This document shows positions 1 to 49,387 of a DNA stretch of 64,000 nt, piece by piece (the first letter of the stretch is position 1; each line of letters opens with the position of its first letter). Made by a program: the position numbers and the translations under genes. Source of the stretch: the human T2T-CHM13v2.0 reference genome, Homo sapiens; assembly GCF_009914755.1 (NCBI RefSeq), contig NC_060947.1. One strand, written 5' to 3'. The notes under the pieces were generated by a model. That model made no database searches. It was given only the letters and a program-made list of their open reading frames with translations, and was not told the DNA's origin.

Positions 1-308
1 ATAGCCATGGCATTGGAAAGTGGAGACCCCCTCCTGTTTTATTTCTTGAAGGAGGATGTTGGCGATATGCAGAGCAAAGCTCTCCACTTTTCTTAATAGC
101 TTACGTAGGTGCGTAAACATTGTAAACTCCCTTTCATAGTGATGCCTTTGAGTTGTGTGTTAGAAGTAGATTTAGGCTATAGCTAGGTACTTTTATAAAA
201 TCAGATTTTAAAAAGTGGACATAGTACATCCAGTCTAGTAGATCATACCATCTACTGTCATGTAATATGGCAAACTGTATCATTGTCACTTCAGTAGCTC
301 TGTCAAAA

Positions 309-463
309 GTGCTGGACTGGAAGGCAAGAGATCCATGTTCTTAACCTGAGTCTGTTACTAATTACACACATGACCCCAGGCAAGTCACTTAACCTTTTAT
401 GGTGTCAGTTTCCTCATCTGTTAAATGAAGGGATTAGACTAGATTATTTCCAGGACTCCTTCC
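309..463 (+). mobile_element. MIR SINE fragment
   Basis: Core ggcaagtcacttaacct...cagtttcctcatctgttaaatg. Confidence 0.8.
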
Positions 464-552
464 GAAAAAGTACAGGAGAGAGTTGTATAACTGAAAGGCA
501 GAAAGTGGAATAATTGAGGCTTGGAATTCAGGGTGACTTAAAAATTACTTTA

Positions 553-870
553 GGCTGGACATGGTGGCTCACACCTGTAATCCCAGCACTTTGGGAGGCT
601 GAGGTGGGAGGACCACTTGAGCCCAGGAGTTTGAGACAGCCTAGGAAACACGGCAAGACCTTGTCTCTACAAAAAATAATTAAAAAAAAATTAGCCTGGC
701 ATAGTGGCACATGCCTGCAGTCCCAGCTTCTCAGGAGGCTGAGGTGGGAAGATCACTTGAGCCCAGGATTACAAGACTGAAGTTAGCTATGTTCACACCA
801 CTGCAGTCCAGCCTGTGCCACAAAGTGAGATCCTGTCTCAAAAACAAAAACAAAAACAAAAACAAAAAAA
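553..870 (+). mobile_element. Alu (AluJ-like)
   Basis: Dimeric Alu with A-rich linker and (A5C)n tail. Confidence 0.95.
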
Positions 871-1149
871 CAACTTTTAAATTTTAGAAAACAGGTCCTG
901 GATGTGTTTAATGTGCTATATCACACACTTAGTGGTTACATTGGTAAATGCCACTCCATCTTATTGATGTCAATTCTGTTTGCTGTAAACAATTTAATAA
1001 CGTTCATGACAGAGTCCTATCAATACTTTGGAAGAGTGAGAGTGAGGGTTTGGTGAACAGACAGACTAACTTTGTATTTTGTTGGGATTTTTAACAATGA
1101 ATGCATGTTACTTTTACCACGTAAAAAGTAGCTCATAACAATTTTTTTG

Positions 1150-1377
1150 AAATTATTTATTTTCATTAACTTTTATTTTAAGTTCTAGTGTACATGTGCA
1201 AAATGTGCAGGTTTGTTAACATGTGCCATGGTGGTTTGCTGCATAGATCATCCCATTACCTATGTGTTAAGCCCAGCATCCATTAGCTATTCTTCCTGAT
1301 GCTCTCCCTTCCCCCACCCCCATTCACAGGCCCCACCCAGTGTGTGTGGTTCCCCCCATGTGCCCATGTGTTCTCAT
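1150..1377 (-). mobile_element. L1PA (older primate) 3' end fragment
   Basis: gtacatgtgca...tgtgccatggtggtttgctgca...cccagcatccattagctatt. Confidence 0.85.
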
Positions 1378-2434
1378 GGAAGAATTTTTCCTAAAAGAAT
1401 TAGTCCTGGGGAAAGAGGTGCTGTGTAATCTTCAGAACGTAATAAATGGCCATTCTGCTATCTCATATGTTCAACACTTTCTGCAATGCTTAGGTGGCTT
1501 AGTCTCACTCCTGTCCATGTATGTTTTTTCCAAGGCCAAAAATTTTTATTATTTTGTGTATCTGTCCATAAATGAGCCAAAATGTAACTAACTGAATGTG
1601 TGATATGCACAATAGCAGTTTTTTTTCCTGATAATAGGTATTAGTTGATAGCTGCAGTTGAAATAGTCTGAGACTGGGAAAGGAAACTTTTCACATTTAA
1701 GTATGACCAAGTTTAGTAAGTTCTAAGATGTTTCTGCTTCAGTAGCAGTGCAATTGACTTTTGGAGGGAGGAGAAAAGCTTCTAAAATTATTGGTTTCTA
1801 CGTGTTACTGTCCACTGGTGAAGGTCAGATTTCTTTGGATATTATCATGTTTTCCAGTAAACTTTGAGAAGTGTGCTGCTTCACAATTTTATCCTAATTC
1901 CCTGGGGTAATAATTGAAAACTTCATAAACATATTTTTAAAATTTTCTAGATCCTTATGATTGTTTATATGCTTAAAAAACTTCATACTAGATATTAATT
2001 TAAAGAGGTCAGTAAAACAAAATGGTGAACTATGTGTCAGTGGAATCAAACTGTGAATCATTTCTTTGCCCAGTTTCGTTAAAATATGTGATCATGTGAG
2101 TCTTTAACTGTCTGCTGAAGATCAGTGCAGCAGGCCACAGACTGTTAAATACATTTCTGCAATATATCGGGGGAGGTCAATTTCTTAATATCTTTGTTAA
2201 AAAGTAGAAGACGCAAGTAAACTAGATTTCATACATGTAGTCTTGGTTGGTAGTATCTCCTGAAGCATGTGGAGGAAAATTGGTAGATCGAAACAGAATG
2301 ATAGCATTCAGAGTTCTCAGGGAGAGAACCGATTTAATCAAATAAAATGGGCTTTGCACATTTCGGCAAGTTCAAGACACTAAGAAAAGCCCTTGGGGAA
2401 GTAACTTTTATAAAACTGAATCCAAGAGAACTGG

Positions 2435-2731
2435 TTTTTCTTTTCTTTTTTTTTTTTTTTTTTAAAATAGAGTCTTGCTCTGACACCCAGGCTAGGGTGT
2501 AGTGGCGTTATCGTAGCTCACTGTAGCCTTGAACTCCTGGGTTCAAGCGATTACCACTTGGGGCTACAAACACATGCCACTATGGTTGGCTAATTTGTAT
2601 GTTAATTTTTTGTAGAGAGAGGAGTCTCGCTGTGTTGCCCAGGCTGATCTTGAACTCGTGGGCTCCAGTGATCCTCTCTCCTCAGCCTCCCAAAGTGTTG
2701 GGATTACAGGTGTGAGCCACTGCACCCAGCC
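2435..2731 (-). mobile_element. Alu (AluJ-like, small internal deletion)
   Basis: Poly-T followed by gagtcttgctctg...gagccactgcacccagcc. Confidence 0.93.
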
Positions 2732-3369
2732 TGGCTATCCTTTAAAAAGTAATTTTAAAGCTACACTATACATTTAAAACACAGAACACTAAAATACCTC
2801 CTTTGAGCGTTGAAGTATATTAGTACCTTGAGTAAAGTGAGAAAAGCACAAAAAAAGTGAAATCTGGCCAAATTGTTGGAGTATCAGGGAAAAAGTTGTG
2901 TCAGGGTCAGAAAATATAAGCAAGAAGGAAGTTTTTAGGGGAGGTACAAGAAGGAAGACAGTTCCATTCTTATAATGATATAATGTATTCTTAGTGTGTA
3001 CTTTATAATTGTAACAACCTCCTTTATAGGTGTGCTAGCTGTAAAAATCATTTTACAAAGATATTTCAACAGTTTAAGGTGATTCAGCTGTCACAGTGTT
3101 CTGTTACCTAAGAGAGCAAGTAAACCTTGTCTTTGTTATCAGAATTGGAGTCCATTTTAATTGTGAGAAGAAAATTCCTGAAGTTGAGAAGTTTTAACTT
3201 GCCCAAATATTCAGGGCAAAGACCAAGAGAAAAGTCATTTGTCTCCTCGGGAGACAGAGATGATTGGAAAAGCAGGGCTTCTTATTTTTCATGTCATTCC
3301 ATCTCACTGGTGAGTTTACCAATGCAGGAACAGTTTGTGATGACAGAGATGACAGAATGCTAAGTTGAA

Positions 3370-3945
3370 GAAGAAAGTGAGTTGGTTGAAAAATACTGTT
3401 GGAATTGATTTATGCAAATTTTCTGGGTTGTTTCAGAGCAAGTTTTCCCCAAACTTATGGAGAGCAGATGGAAAAAGGAAAATAGTTTATCTTTCAACAA
3501 GAGAAATGATGGCCCTGCTAAATTTAGACTCTGGCTTTAACTTGTGACATCTGGGAAAATACTCAAATCTGTTAATCATTTAGTTTGTATAACCACCTAG
3601 AAGAGCCCAATGTCCAGGATAGACCTCTAACATGGGCTTACAAATGGCAGATATTACCAGGCTGATTTAATTTCCTTTAATAAAAGATAAAAAGTCTTGT
3701 CAAGGAGAGGAAAGCAACATGCATTGGCTTTCTGGATGTCAACAAGGTTTTCCTTCATTCATTGTGAAGAGCTTGCTAACAAGCTAGGAAGATTTGGACT
3801 GGACTGCACTGCTCCTCAGGGGAATGTCCAGATAGGCTGCAGGATGTATGTGCCTAAAACAGGTCAGTGCAGTGGCTCAGCACCAAGTCAGGGGGACACC
3901 ACAAATGGAGCCTCCCAGCAAGAAGTTTTGTCACTGCTGTGTGAA
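3370..3945 (+). mobile_element. Ancient CR1/L3 LINE reverse transcriptase fossil
   Basis: Ordered degenerate motifs across frames: WKKEN, SGKILKSV, HGLTNGRYYQADLISF, FLDVNKVF, LANKLGRFGLD, TTNGASQQEVL. These correspond to CR1 RT WKxAN, PGKIME, HGFTKGRSCLTNLISF, YLDFSKAF, LxxKLxxxGLD, VTSGVPQGSVL. Confidence 0.75.
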
Positions 3946-5516
3946 GGAGCCTGGCTTGTGAAAATTCATAACGTACAAGGATTCTTTTTACTGTTTGGAA
4001 AGATTCATTGCCAGTCCCTTTAAATAGCTACCACCCTAGAGAATATTAATCATTCAACTATTTTTTTTTATTTATAAATAGTCAATTCACATACAGTTTG
4101 TAAGGGTTACTTTTCTTGTGGAAAGTTAGGTACAGCTGCCCTAAATATCTTTATCGGTTACCTTGGCTGGGGAAATTAACAGCATGTTTATTAAACTTGT
4201 ACATTATACTGTGTTATAACATTATACCATTTTCCAAATATTAGTAAGGTCGCTAACATTTTGGAAAAGGATTACAAGTGACCTTTAGAGATAGAACAGG
4301 AGTTTTTCAGAAAGGCCTCTAACACCACTCCCACATCCCCTTCGAGGACAGTTGATCTGCTTTTATCTCTTTTACTTGTTCTTAGTTCCTGGCAAGATTT
4401 CAATGGAGGAAAAGGCTTCTCTATTTAAAAAAAATAAAAATCAATGAAAATTAATGAATCGGAGAAATGGCCTGGCTAAAATGGGATGAAGTTCAGTATT
4501 AGGATACTGAGGGATACTGAAGTTTAGGGGAGCCACTAAATAACACTCCTTCATTTCCCTCCTCCACTTGAAATCTATTGAGAGGTAAGACACAGAAGCC
4601 AGCCAGAGTTCCAAATTACAGCTTTATTCCTGATCAAAGCTGGAGGAAAGGATGTAGCCTACATGTGTGTTCTGAAAAGCTTCCAAGTAGTTCACATATT
4701 GACAGACCTACCCTATGGGTCTGTTGTAGGGGTGGAACCTACCCCTTTAGCACCACATGTCAGAGAACATACCAGAATATTCAAAAGAGCTTCAGCAACA
4801 GGCCTGCAGAGAGCATGCCAGTTTCCTGTTTGCAAACCAACCAGTCAGATGAGAAGGTGGAAATGTGGGTGCAGAGGGTAATAGAAAATATTGCTTTTAG
4901 GCTTTGCCCTTCTGAGGAGAAAAGTGCAAATTCTCTCCTTCCTGTGGTGATGTAAGTGGAGAATAAATAGCTAGTGGCTAGTCAGATCAAGCTGGGACAA
5001 GAACCCAGGTCACTGATAGAAAGGCCCATGTTTTTCTGTTGGTATGAAAAGACATTTTTAGTTGACTATGGAAACTTAAACCCGATCTGAATTAACATAT
5101 TGAATTAACATTTATTGAGACAGGAGGTGTTCTCTTTCTGTAAGTCAGATTTACATGAAGGATTGTTACAGGGTGTAGAATTATAAGATACATAAGTCTG
5201 ATTTATATTAAAGGAACGTATAGAATTATAGGATATAAAAACTGCAAGGGACCTTAGAGTTGGTTTTTCAGCCCTTTCATTCCTTGGGTGAGGAAACAGC
5301 CACAGTGGGATTAAGTGACTTACTCTAGACCACTTGCCAAGCGAGTTAGTGACAGCTAGGAATAGACTAGGCCCTTCTAATTCTTAATTCACTGTTCCCC
5401 ACACCTAATTGTTCTGTACTTAGATGTCAGGGAAAGTAGGCTTAAATTAAAATGAAATTTGAAAAATTTATTAAACTTATAAACTAATCTAACAAGACAT
5501 ATTTGTGAAGTGAATA

Positions 5517-7914
5517 TAGGCTTACCATGAAGATAGTGCAGGTTCAATTCCCAGACCACCACAATGAAGTGAGTCACAAGAATTTTTTGCTTTCCCAATT
5601 CATGGAAAAATTATGTTTACACTATACTGTAGTCTATTAAGTGTGCAATAGCATTATGTCTAAAAAACAATGTATACACCTTAATTTAAAATACTTTGTT
5701 GCTAAAAAAATGTTAGTGATCAACTGAGCTTTCAGCCAGTCATAATCTTTTTGCTGGTGGACAGTCTTGCCTTGATGTTGATGGCTGCTGAGTGATCAGG
5801 GCAGTTGTTGCTGAAGGATGGGGGTGGCTGTGGCAATTTCTTAAAATAAGACAACTATGAACTTTACCGCATCGGTGAACGCTTCCTTTCAGGAAAGTTT
5901 TCTCTGAAGCATGCAGTGCTTTTTGATAACATTTTACCCACAGTAGAACTTCTTTCTATTTTCTTTTATTGGAGTCCATCCTCAAACTCTGCCACTGATG
6001 TATAAACTCAGTTTATATAATATTGTAAATCCTTTGTTGTCATTTCAACAATGTTCACAACATCTTCACCATGAGTAGATTCCATCTCAGGAAACCACTT
6101 TATTTGGTTATTCATAAGAAACAACTCATTCATTAAAGTTTTATTATGAGATTGAAGCAATTCAGTCACATCCTTAGCTTCACTTCTAAATCTAGTTCTC
6201 ATGCTCTTTCTACCACTTATGCAGTTACTTCCTCCACTGGAGTTTTGAACCCCTTAAAGTCATCCATGAAGGTTGGAATCACCTTCTTCCAAACTCCTGC
6301 TAATGTTGATATTTTGACCTCCTCCCATGAATCACGAATGTTCTTAATGTCGTCTAGAATGTTGAATCATTCCCAGAAGGTTTTCAACTTTTCCCAGACG
6401 CATCACAGGAATCACTATCTATGGCAGCTATAGCCCTACAAAATGTACTTCTTAATAGCCTTACAAAATGTATTTTTTAAATAATAAGACTTGAAAGTCA
6501 AAATGACTCCTTCACCCACGGGCTGCAGAATGGATGTTGTGTTAGCAGGCATGACAACAACATTGATCTCCTTGTACATCTACATCAGGGCTCTTGGGTG
6601 GCCAGGTGCATTGTCGATGATCAATAGTATTTTGAAATGAATCTTTTTTCCTGAGCATTAGGTCTCAAAAGAGGGCTTAAAATATTCGGTAAACCATGCT
6701 GTAAACAGATGTGCTGTCATCCAGGTTTTGTTGTTCCATTGCTAAAGCACAGGCAGAGTAGATGTAGCATAATTCTTAAGGGCCCTTGGATTTTCAGGAT
6801 GGCAAATGAATGTTGGCTTCAGCTTAAAGTCGCCAGCTGCATTAGCCTCTAACAAAAAGTCAGCCTGTCCTTTGAGGCTTTGAAGTCAGGCATTGACTTC
6901 TCCTTTCAAATTATGAAAGTCCTAGATTGCATCTTCTTCCTATAGAAGTCCGCTTCATCTACATTGAAAATCTGTTGTTTAGTGTAGCCAATCTCATCAG
7001 TGATCTTAGCTAGATCTTCTGGATAACTTGCTACAGCTTCTATATCAGCACCTGCTGCTTCACCTTGCACTTTTATGACATGGAAGTGGCTGCTTCTTCT
7101 AGCTTCAAAGTTTTCTTCTGCAGCTTCCTCACCTCTCTCAGCCTTCATAGAGTTGAAGATTCATTCCATCAACTCTAGGAAGAGTTAGGGCCTTGCTCTG
7201 GATTAGGCTTTGGTTTAAGGGAATGTTGTAGCTGATTTGATCTTCTATCCAGACCACTAAGTCTTTCTCCATCTCGGCAATGTGGCTGTTTTTCTTCTTA
7301 CTCCTGTGTTTCCTGAAGTAGCATTTTAAATTTTCTTCAAGAGCTTCCTTTGTATTCACAACGTGGCTAACTGGTGCAAGAGGCCTAGCTATCTCAGCTT
7401 TCGACATGCCTTCCTCACTAAGTTTAATCATTTCTAGCTTTTGATTTAAAGCGAGAGAAGTGCAACTGTTCCTTTCACTTGAACGCTTAAGAGTCCATTG
7501 TAGGGTCACTAATTGGCCTGATTTCAATATTGTTGTGTCTCAAGGAATAGGGAGGCCTGAGGAGAGGGAGAGAGATAGGGAACAGCTGGTCGATGGAGCA
7601 GTTAGGACACATACAACATTTATCGATTAAGTTCACTGCCCTCTTATGTGGGTATGGTTCATGGTGCCCCAAAATAATTACAATAGTAACATCAAAGCTC
7701 ACTGATCATAGATCACCATAAAAGATATAATAATAATGAAAAAGTTAGAAATATTGCAAAAATTACCAAAATGTAACAGAGAAACACAAAGTGAGCACAT
7801 GCTGTTGGAAAAATGGCACTGATAATACAGGGCTGCCACAAACATTCAATTTGTAAAAAATGCAATATCTGTGTGGTGCAATAAAGCAAAGCACCATAAA
7901 ATGAGGAATGCCAA
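5517..7914 (-). mobile_element. Tigger1 DNA transposon (TcMar-Tigger), near full length, decayed transposase
   Basis: About 2.4 kb with degenerate terminal inverted repeats (taggcttacc... / ...gaggaatgccaa) flanked by TA. ORF fragments [45 protein letters not shown] and DVTELLQSH are Tigger1/TIGD1-type. Confidence 0.93.
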
Positions 7915-7929
7915 TATACATAATGTGTG

Positions 7930-8190
7930 GAAGAGTGGTTTAAATTGGTGGGCTCTGAAGTTAGGCTATCTGGATTCAAATCTTGGCTGTGCCATTTCCT
8001 AGTTGTCTGGCCTGGACAAGTTACCTCGCTTTCCCAAGCCTCAGTATCCTCATGTATAAAGTGAAGATAGTAACAGCACCTACCCAGAGGGTGGTTGTGA
8101 GGTTCATGTAAGAAGGATGTATATTACATGCTATGCTTAGTATAAGTGAGTTCCTAACATATAAGCACTGATAAATATTAGCTATCATTA
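7930..8190 (+). mobile_element. MIR SINE
   Basis: ggattcaaatcttggctgtgcca...cctcagtatcctcatgtataaagtg...aaatattagctat. Confidence 0.8.
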
Positions 8191-8478
8191 GTCATCATCA
8201 TGATTATTTTACCTTGGAGAGACTTAAAATTTGACCTGTGAAGATAATAAACCCTTAGCTTAGGATTCTACCCATCCTAAGTTACTCCTTTGTCCTAAAC
8301 CTCCATTCTTTAGGCCTCTTGTAATCATCTTTTACTGTCTATCCTTTGGCCTCATGCTCTATCACCAAGTCTGTCCTATTTGTTTCACATGTTTCTCATT
8401 TAACTCTTTCATCTGCATTTCCATCCTAATTCAGGTCTTGATTCCCCAGGTGTGGCTTACTATTCAAGCCTCCTAGCT

Positions 8479-8847
8479 GCTCCTCCTCCTCCTCCTCCTC
8501 CTCCTCTTCCTCCCCCTCCTCCTCCCACCCCCTTTTTTTTGAGACAGGGCCTGGTTCTGTCACCCAGGCTGGAGTGCAGTGGCATGATGGAGTGCAGTGG
8601 CATGATCATGGCACACTGCGGCCTCCACCTCCTGGGCTCAAGTGATCTTCCCGCCTCAGCCTTCTGAGTAGCTGGGACCACAGGTGCACATCACCATACC
8701 CGGCTATTTTTGTGTGTGTGTATTTTTGGTAGAGACAGGGTCTTGCCATGTTGCCTAGGCTGGTCTCGAACTCCTGAGCTCAAGCAATGTGCCGGCCTTG
8801 GCCTCCCAAAGTGTTGGGATTACAGGTGTGAGCCATCGCGCCTGGCC
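8479..8847 (-). mobile_element. Alu (AluJ-like) whose tail has become a (CCT)n microsatellite
   Basis: TSD tcaa(g/a)cctcctagct at 8464-8478 and 8848-8862; internal 18-bp tandem duplication at 8570-8605. Confidence 0.93.
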
Positions 8848-9019
8848 TCAAACCTCCTAGCTTCTTCTGACTACAGCTTCACTTTCCTGCAGGCTGTCCT
8901 GTATGTCACTATCAGACTGATTTTCCTGTTTACCCCTGCCTTGGATTCTGTAGTGTGTCTACTGTCTGCTGCTTTAAGGCCAGGCTCTCATACCTGACCT
9001 TCAGGTCTTTTAGGAACGT

Positions 9020-9326
9020 CAGTGTCCAATAGAAATATAATGTCAGTCATACACATAATTTAAAAATTTCTACTAGCCACATTAAAAAGTAAAAACAGGT
9101 AAAATTAATTTTACTAAAATATTTTATGTAACCAAAAATATCCAAGACATTATCATTTCAACATGTAATCAATACAAAAATAATGAGATTTTGGCATTTT
9201 TTGTTCTGCATCCTCAAAATGCCAAATGCATTCTATACTTACATCACATCTCGATCCAAACTAGCCACACATCAAGTGTTAAATAACCACATGTAGATAA
9301 AAGCCACTGTATCAGATAGTGCAGCT
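9020..9326. mobile_element. MER33-like hAT-Charlie non-autonomous DNA transposon
   Basis: tgtccaatagaaatataatg...tagccacattaaaaagtaaaa...ctagccac...gatagtgcag. Confidence 0.75.
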
Positions 9327-9981
9327 GTAGAATGTGACTTGCCACCACATAAACAAGACATAACTATGTTTCACTTCTTCCTTGTTTGTTAAAATAGGGA
9401 TGTTAATGCCATGCCTATTTTATAGGGTTGTCCTAAGCCAATGTGAAGTGTGAAAGTGCTTTGTAAGCAGTAAAGTTCTGTAAGAATGTATGGAAGTTAT
9501 TATCAGGAGTGAAGGTTTTTACTAACATAAGAATACAATATCTTTGGAGTAAAGTAATTTAAAAGAAAAACCCATATTAAGGAGGCAAATTAGCTGTCCT
9601 GAATTCATTTGTGAAAAAAATTAACTCTAAGCAATGAATGGAGAGTGTAAATGTATACTCACTATCTCTTTATAATTATCTTTTTGGTAGAAATTTATCA
9701 CATTAATAAGATTCTCTAAATACTTCAATAAATCTGTGGGCCTTTTTTCCTTCAGCATGTTGAGCAATGGACATAGGGACATTTGGTTCTTCTCTTGATA
9801 TAGGGAGCTGGACCCCTACCAAAGAGTTCATTGCTCTTGGTAGTAAATGTAGCCTACATACTTTGTAGTACTGAGGTAGGAGTGGCATTAAAATTTCCCA
9901 TATCATCCAATTCATTGCAAAGAATAGGAATTAACCTACAAACAATGTCAGAGATTTAGATACAGAAACTATTAATATTTG

Positions 9982-10344
<363 letters not shown>

Positions 10345-10659
10345 CTATTAATATTTGTAAAATGCTTTCATTTCATATTCTGTATTCTGACAGATTGGTG
10401 AATAGCACCACTAACGATAAGGACACATTATTTTAAATAAAGATGAGTCATAAAGTGGTACCCAAATCTTATCCTAGCCCTTTACCAAACCAAATAGTCC
10501 ACTAATTTTTAAAAATTATACCTTGAACTACCACATGGCCCTTCAGGTGTTCAAATTTAATATATAACCTTTGTTACCAGTGTGGAAATAAGATTGCTAA
10601 ACGAAGTGACTCCAAAAACAAGAATCAATTTTATATAATGGCTTCAGGGTAAAGGACCC

Positions 10660-11430
10660 CCGCCCACCATTTACAAGTTTGCCAAAGCCAGAAACTTCAA
10701 CATAATGCATGACCTTTTCTTTCTCACCTGTCCCTCTAATTAGCTACTAAATCCTTAGGACTCCTCCTCTGAAATACTTCCTTAATCTGCAACCTCCTCT
10801 CCATCCCCACTGCCCTAACTCAGCCTTTCATCACTTTTCTCGTAAGCTCTTTCAGCAGTCTCCAAACCAGTTTCCCTGCCTCAAGCTTCAGCCTCCCCTC
10901 CACCCCACAATTTATTCTCCAACTACCAGCAGAGATCTTAGTAAAATAAAGATCTGATCATACCACTCCCCGGATTTAAAACCTTGAGTTCTTCCCAGGG
11001 CCAGCAGATAAAATCCAAACTGCTGAGCATGGTGTACAAAGCACTTTATAGTCAGAGCCCAAATTATCTTAATCAGCCTTGCCTCCTGCCATGTGCCCAG
11101 AGCAATGATAATCAGATTACTGGTGGTTCTCAAGTAAGTCCTATCCTTTTATCTGTTCTCTTCCCTTGCACAGTCCCCTCCACCCCTCACATCAGTGAGT
11201 CTCATGATCTTCACTCCATCCCATCAGTATTTCTCAAATGTCCCACTTTCAGTGAGAAGCCTTCCCTCACTCTCTGGTCACTTGTTCTTTCAGTCTCCAT
11301 AAGTGCATCTCTTATTCCTTTGTGGCAGGAACCCCTCAAGAGCTAATTCCTCTCTATATCCCCAGCACGTAGCATTCTGCCAAGTATAGCATAGTTTGTC
11401 AGTAAAAAATCTGTTGAATAAATACATGAA
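10660..11430 (+). mobile_element. L2 LINE 3' fragment
   Basis: Pyrimidine-rich L2 motifs (ctcctctccatccccactgcc, aaaatccaaactgct) ending in tgttgaataaat. Confidence 0.7.
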
Positions 11431-13188
11431 AAAATTGATCCTCTCCACCCAAATGTACACCTTTCTCTTCTACCCCAAAGAAGAAATCTAATTTCCTAAT
11501 TCAGTGTGATTTATAATCAACTACTGATAGTTCCAGGTATTTGAAAAGATACTTTAAATCATAATGCTTCCTTTTCACTAAAGTTCAGTTTATCTAGTCC
11601 AATAAGATTTTCCTTGGGCCATAAAGAGTTATTCTCATTCCCTATATTTCCAGTACTAAAAGTCATATATACAATTTGGCCAAAGGAGCACCTGGAAAGT
11701 TTTAACCTTTAAATGCTTCGACCTATAGGATATGTTAGGAACATTAAAATAAAAGACAACAAACTAAGCACATCTTTAATTTCACAAGAATTGCCAGCTA
11801 TTGGACCTGGAGTGAATCTTAACCAAGATCACCTTCACCTTGAAGGGTTATGCAGGTTGTGTTCTGTTTAACCCTAGGGGGCGCCACTCTCACAGATTAT
11901 GATGTGAATGACTGCAAGGTGGTATCATTCTCAGCCTTATACAGTGTCCCTGCTTATCAGATCATCCTCCTTTTCAGCTTAGGTCCTAAGAAGCCAACTG
12001 GTTTGCTCAAGGTCACACAGGTATTTCATAACAGGGTTCATAGCCAATAACCTGCCCCCTTTCTTACTTCCCAGTCATTCTACTAATCCAAATTGCTCTG
12101 GAAGACCATGAAACCAGAAAAGAGTGTTTGATGTAGTTGCATGGATAATGGACTATATGCCTTCAGCTAAATGTGAAATTCAAATGGTTTGGTTTATCTC
12201 GGTATCATTTGCTCTTGTTTTCCACCTCTAGCTGTACTGGCCTGGTTGGCATAACTTCAGCATTTAGCATATCACACTGCTGCTCTCAGGCTCACCGAGA
12301 CTCAAGTGGCTGTTCCACTCTGTTGCCACGCTGTGCTGTCTTCTCTCTTTCTTGCTGGCCCATTCCTCTGTGACTTCCTGTTAGCTGCCACCTTCTTCTT
12401 TTAGCTTCTCTTCTCAGCACTTTTTGCTGCTTTGTTTTTATACCCATCTCAGACCAGTCAGCACGATCCTTTCCTTCCTTCTATTCTACAAACCAATCAA
12501 TCACAGCATGTTGGCTGTTGACCTTGGATCTTTGGTTGTTTGCTGCTGTTCATAGCTGCTGGGCGTGGCTAGGGGATGCTGCTTCTTTGCCAAAACTTTT
12601 TGTTTCTTTTTCTTTCTCCCTTTATTCTAGATCTTGGGCTTTCTGAATGCTTGAAGATACCAGAAGGGTTATATCCAAATAAGTGTGGCTGTATTCCTAT
12701 TACTCCCTCTTTACTCTTGCTTAAAAGTGAAAATATTGCTTCGGTGGAAGAATCTTGGTTAGAAGAATTAATGTAGCTCAGACAGTCAATATAGCTAATT
12801 GTCTTTACCAAGGACAATGCATTTAAAAAATAACTACTCCTTCCTCTGCCCCTTACTCCATGCTCACCATCAATGTGAAGCTAGGGTAACAGGTGTGTTG
12901 GCAGGTTTGGTTGAGCCTGAACAGAAAACTGGACCTCTTGAGCCACAGTCCTTCAGCCATAATGGACGAAGTATTTTTTGCTTCAGTTCTTTGCGCTTGA
13001 TCATTAGAGCTAGCAGGTCTTTCCGAAACTGCTTGCTTTAGTTCTACCTGATCAGTGAAGATATAGAATAGAATTAGGTTAAAGAGTGGTTAATTTCTTA
13101 GAGTTTTGATACTTGCTGTTTAGTGATTGTACTTTATATATTGTTCATTGTATAATCAAGAAATTCTTTGTAAATGTTTGGTTTGCAG

Positions 13189-49387
<36,199 letters not shown>

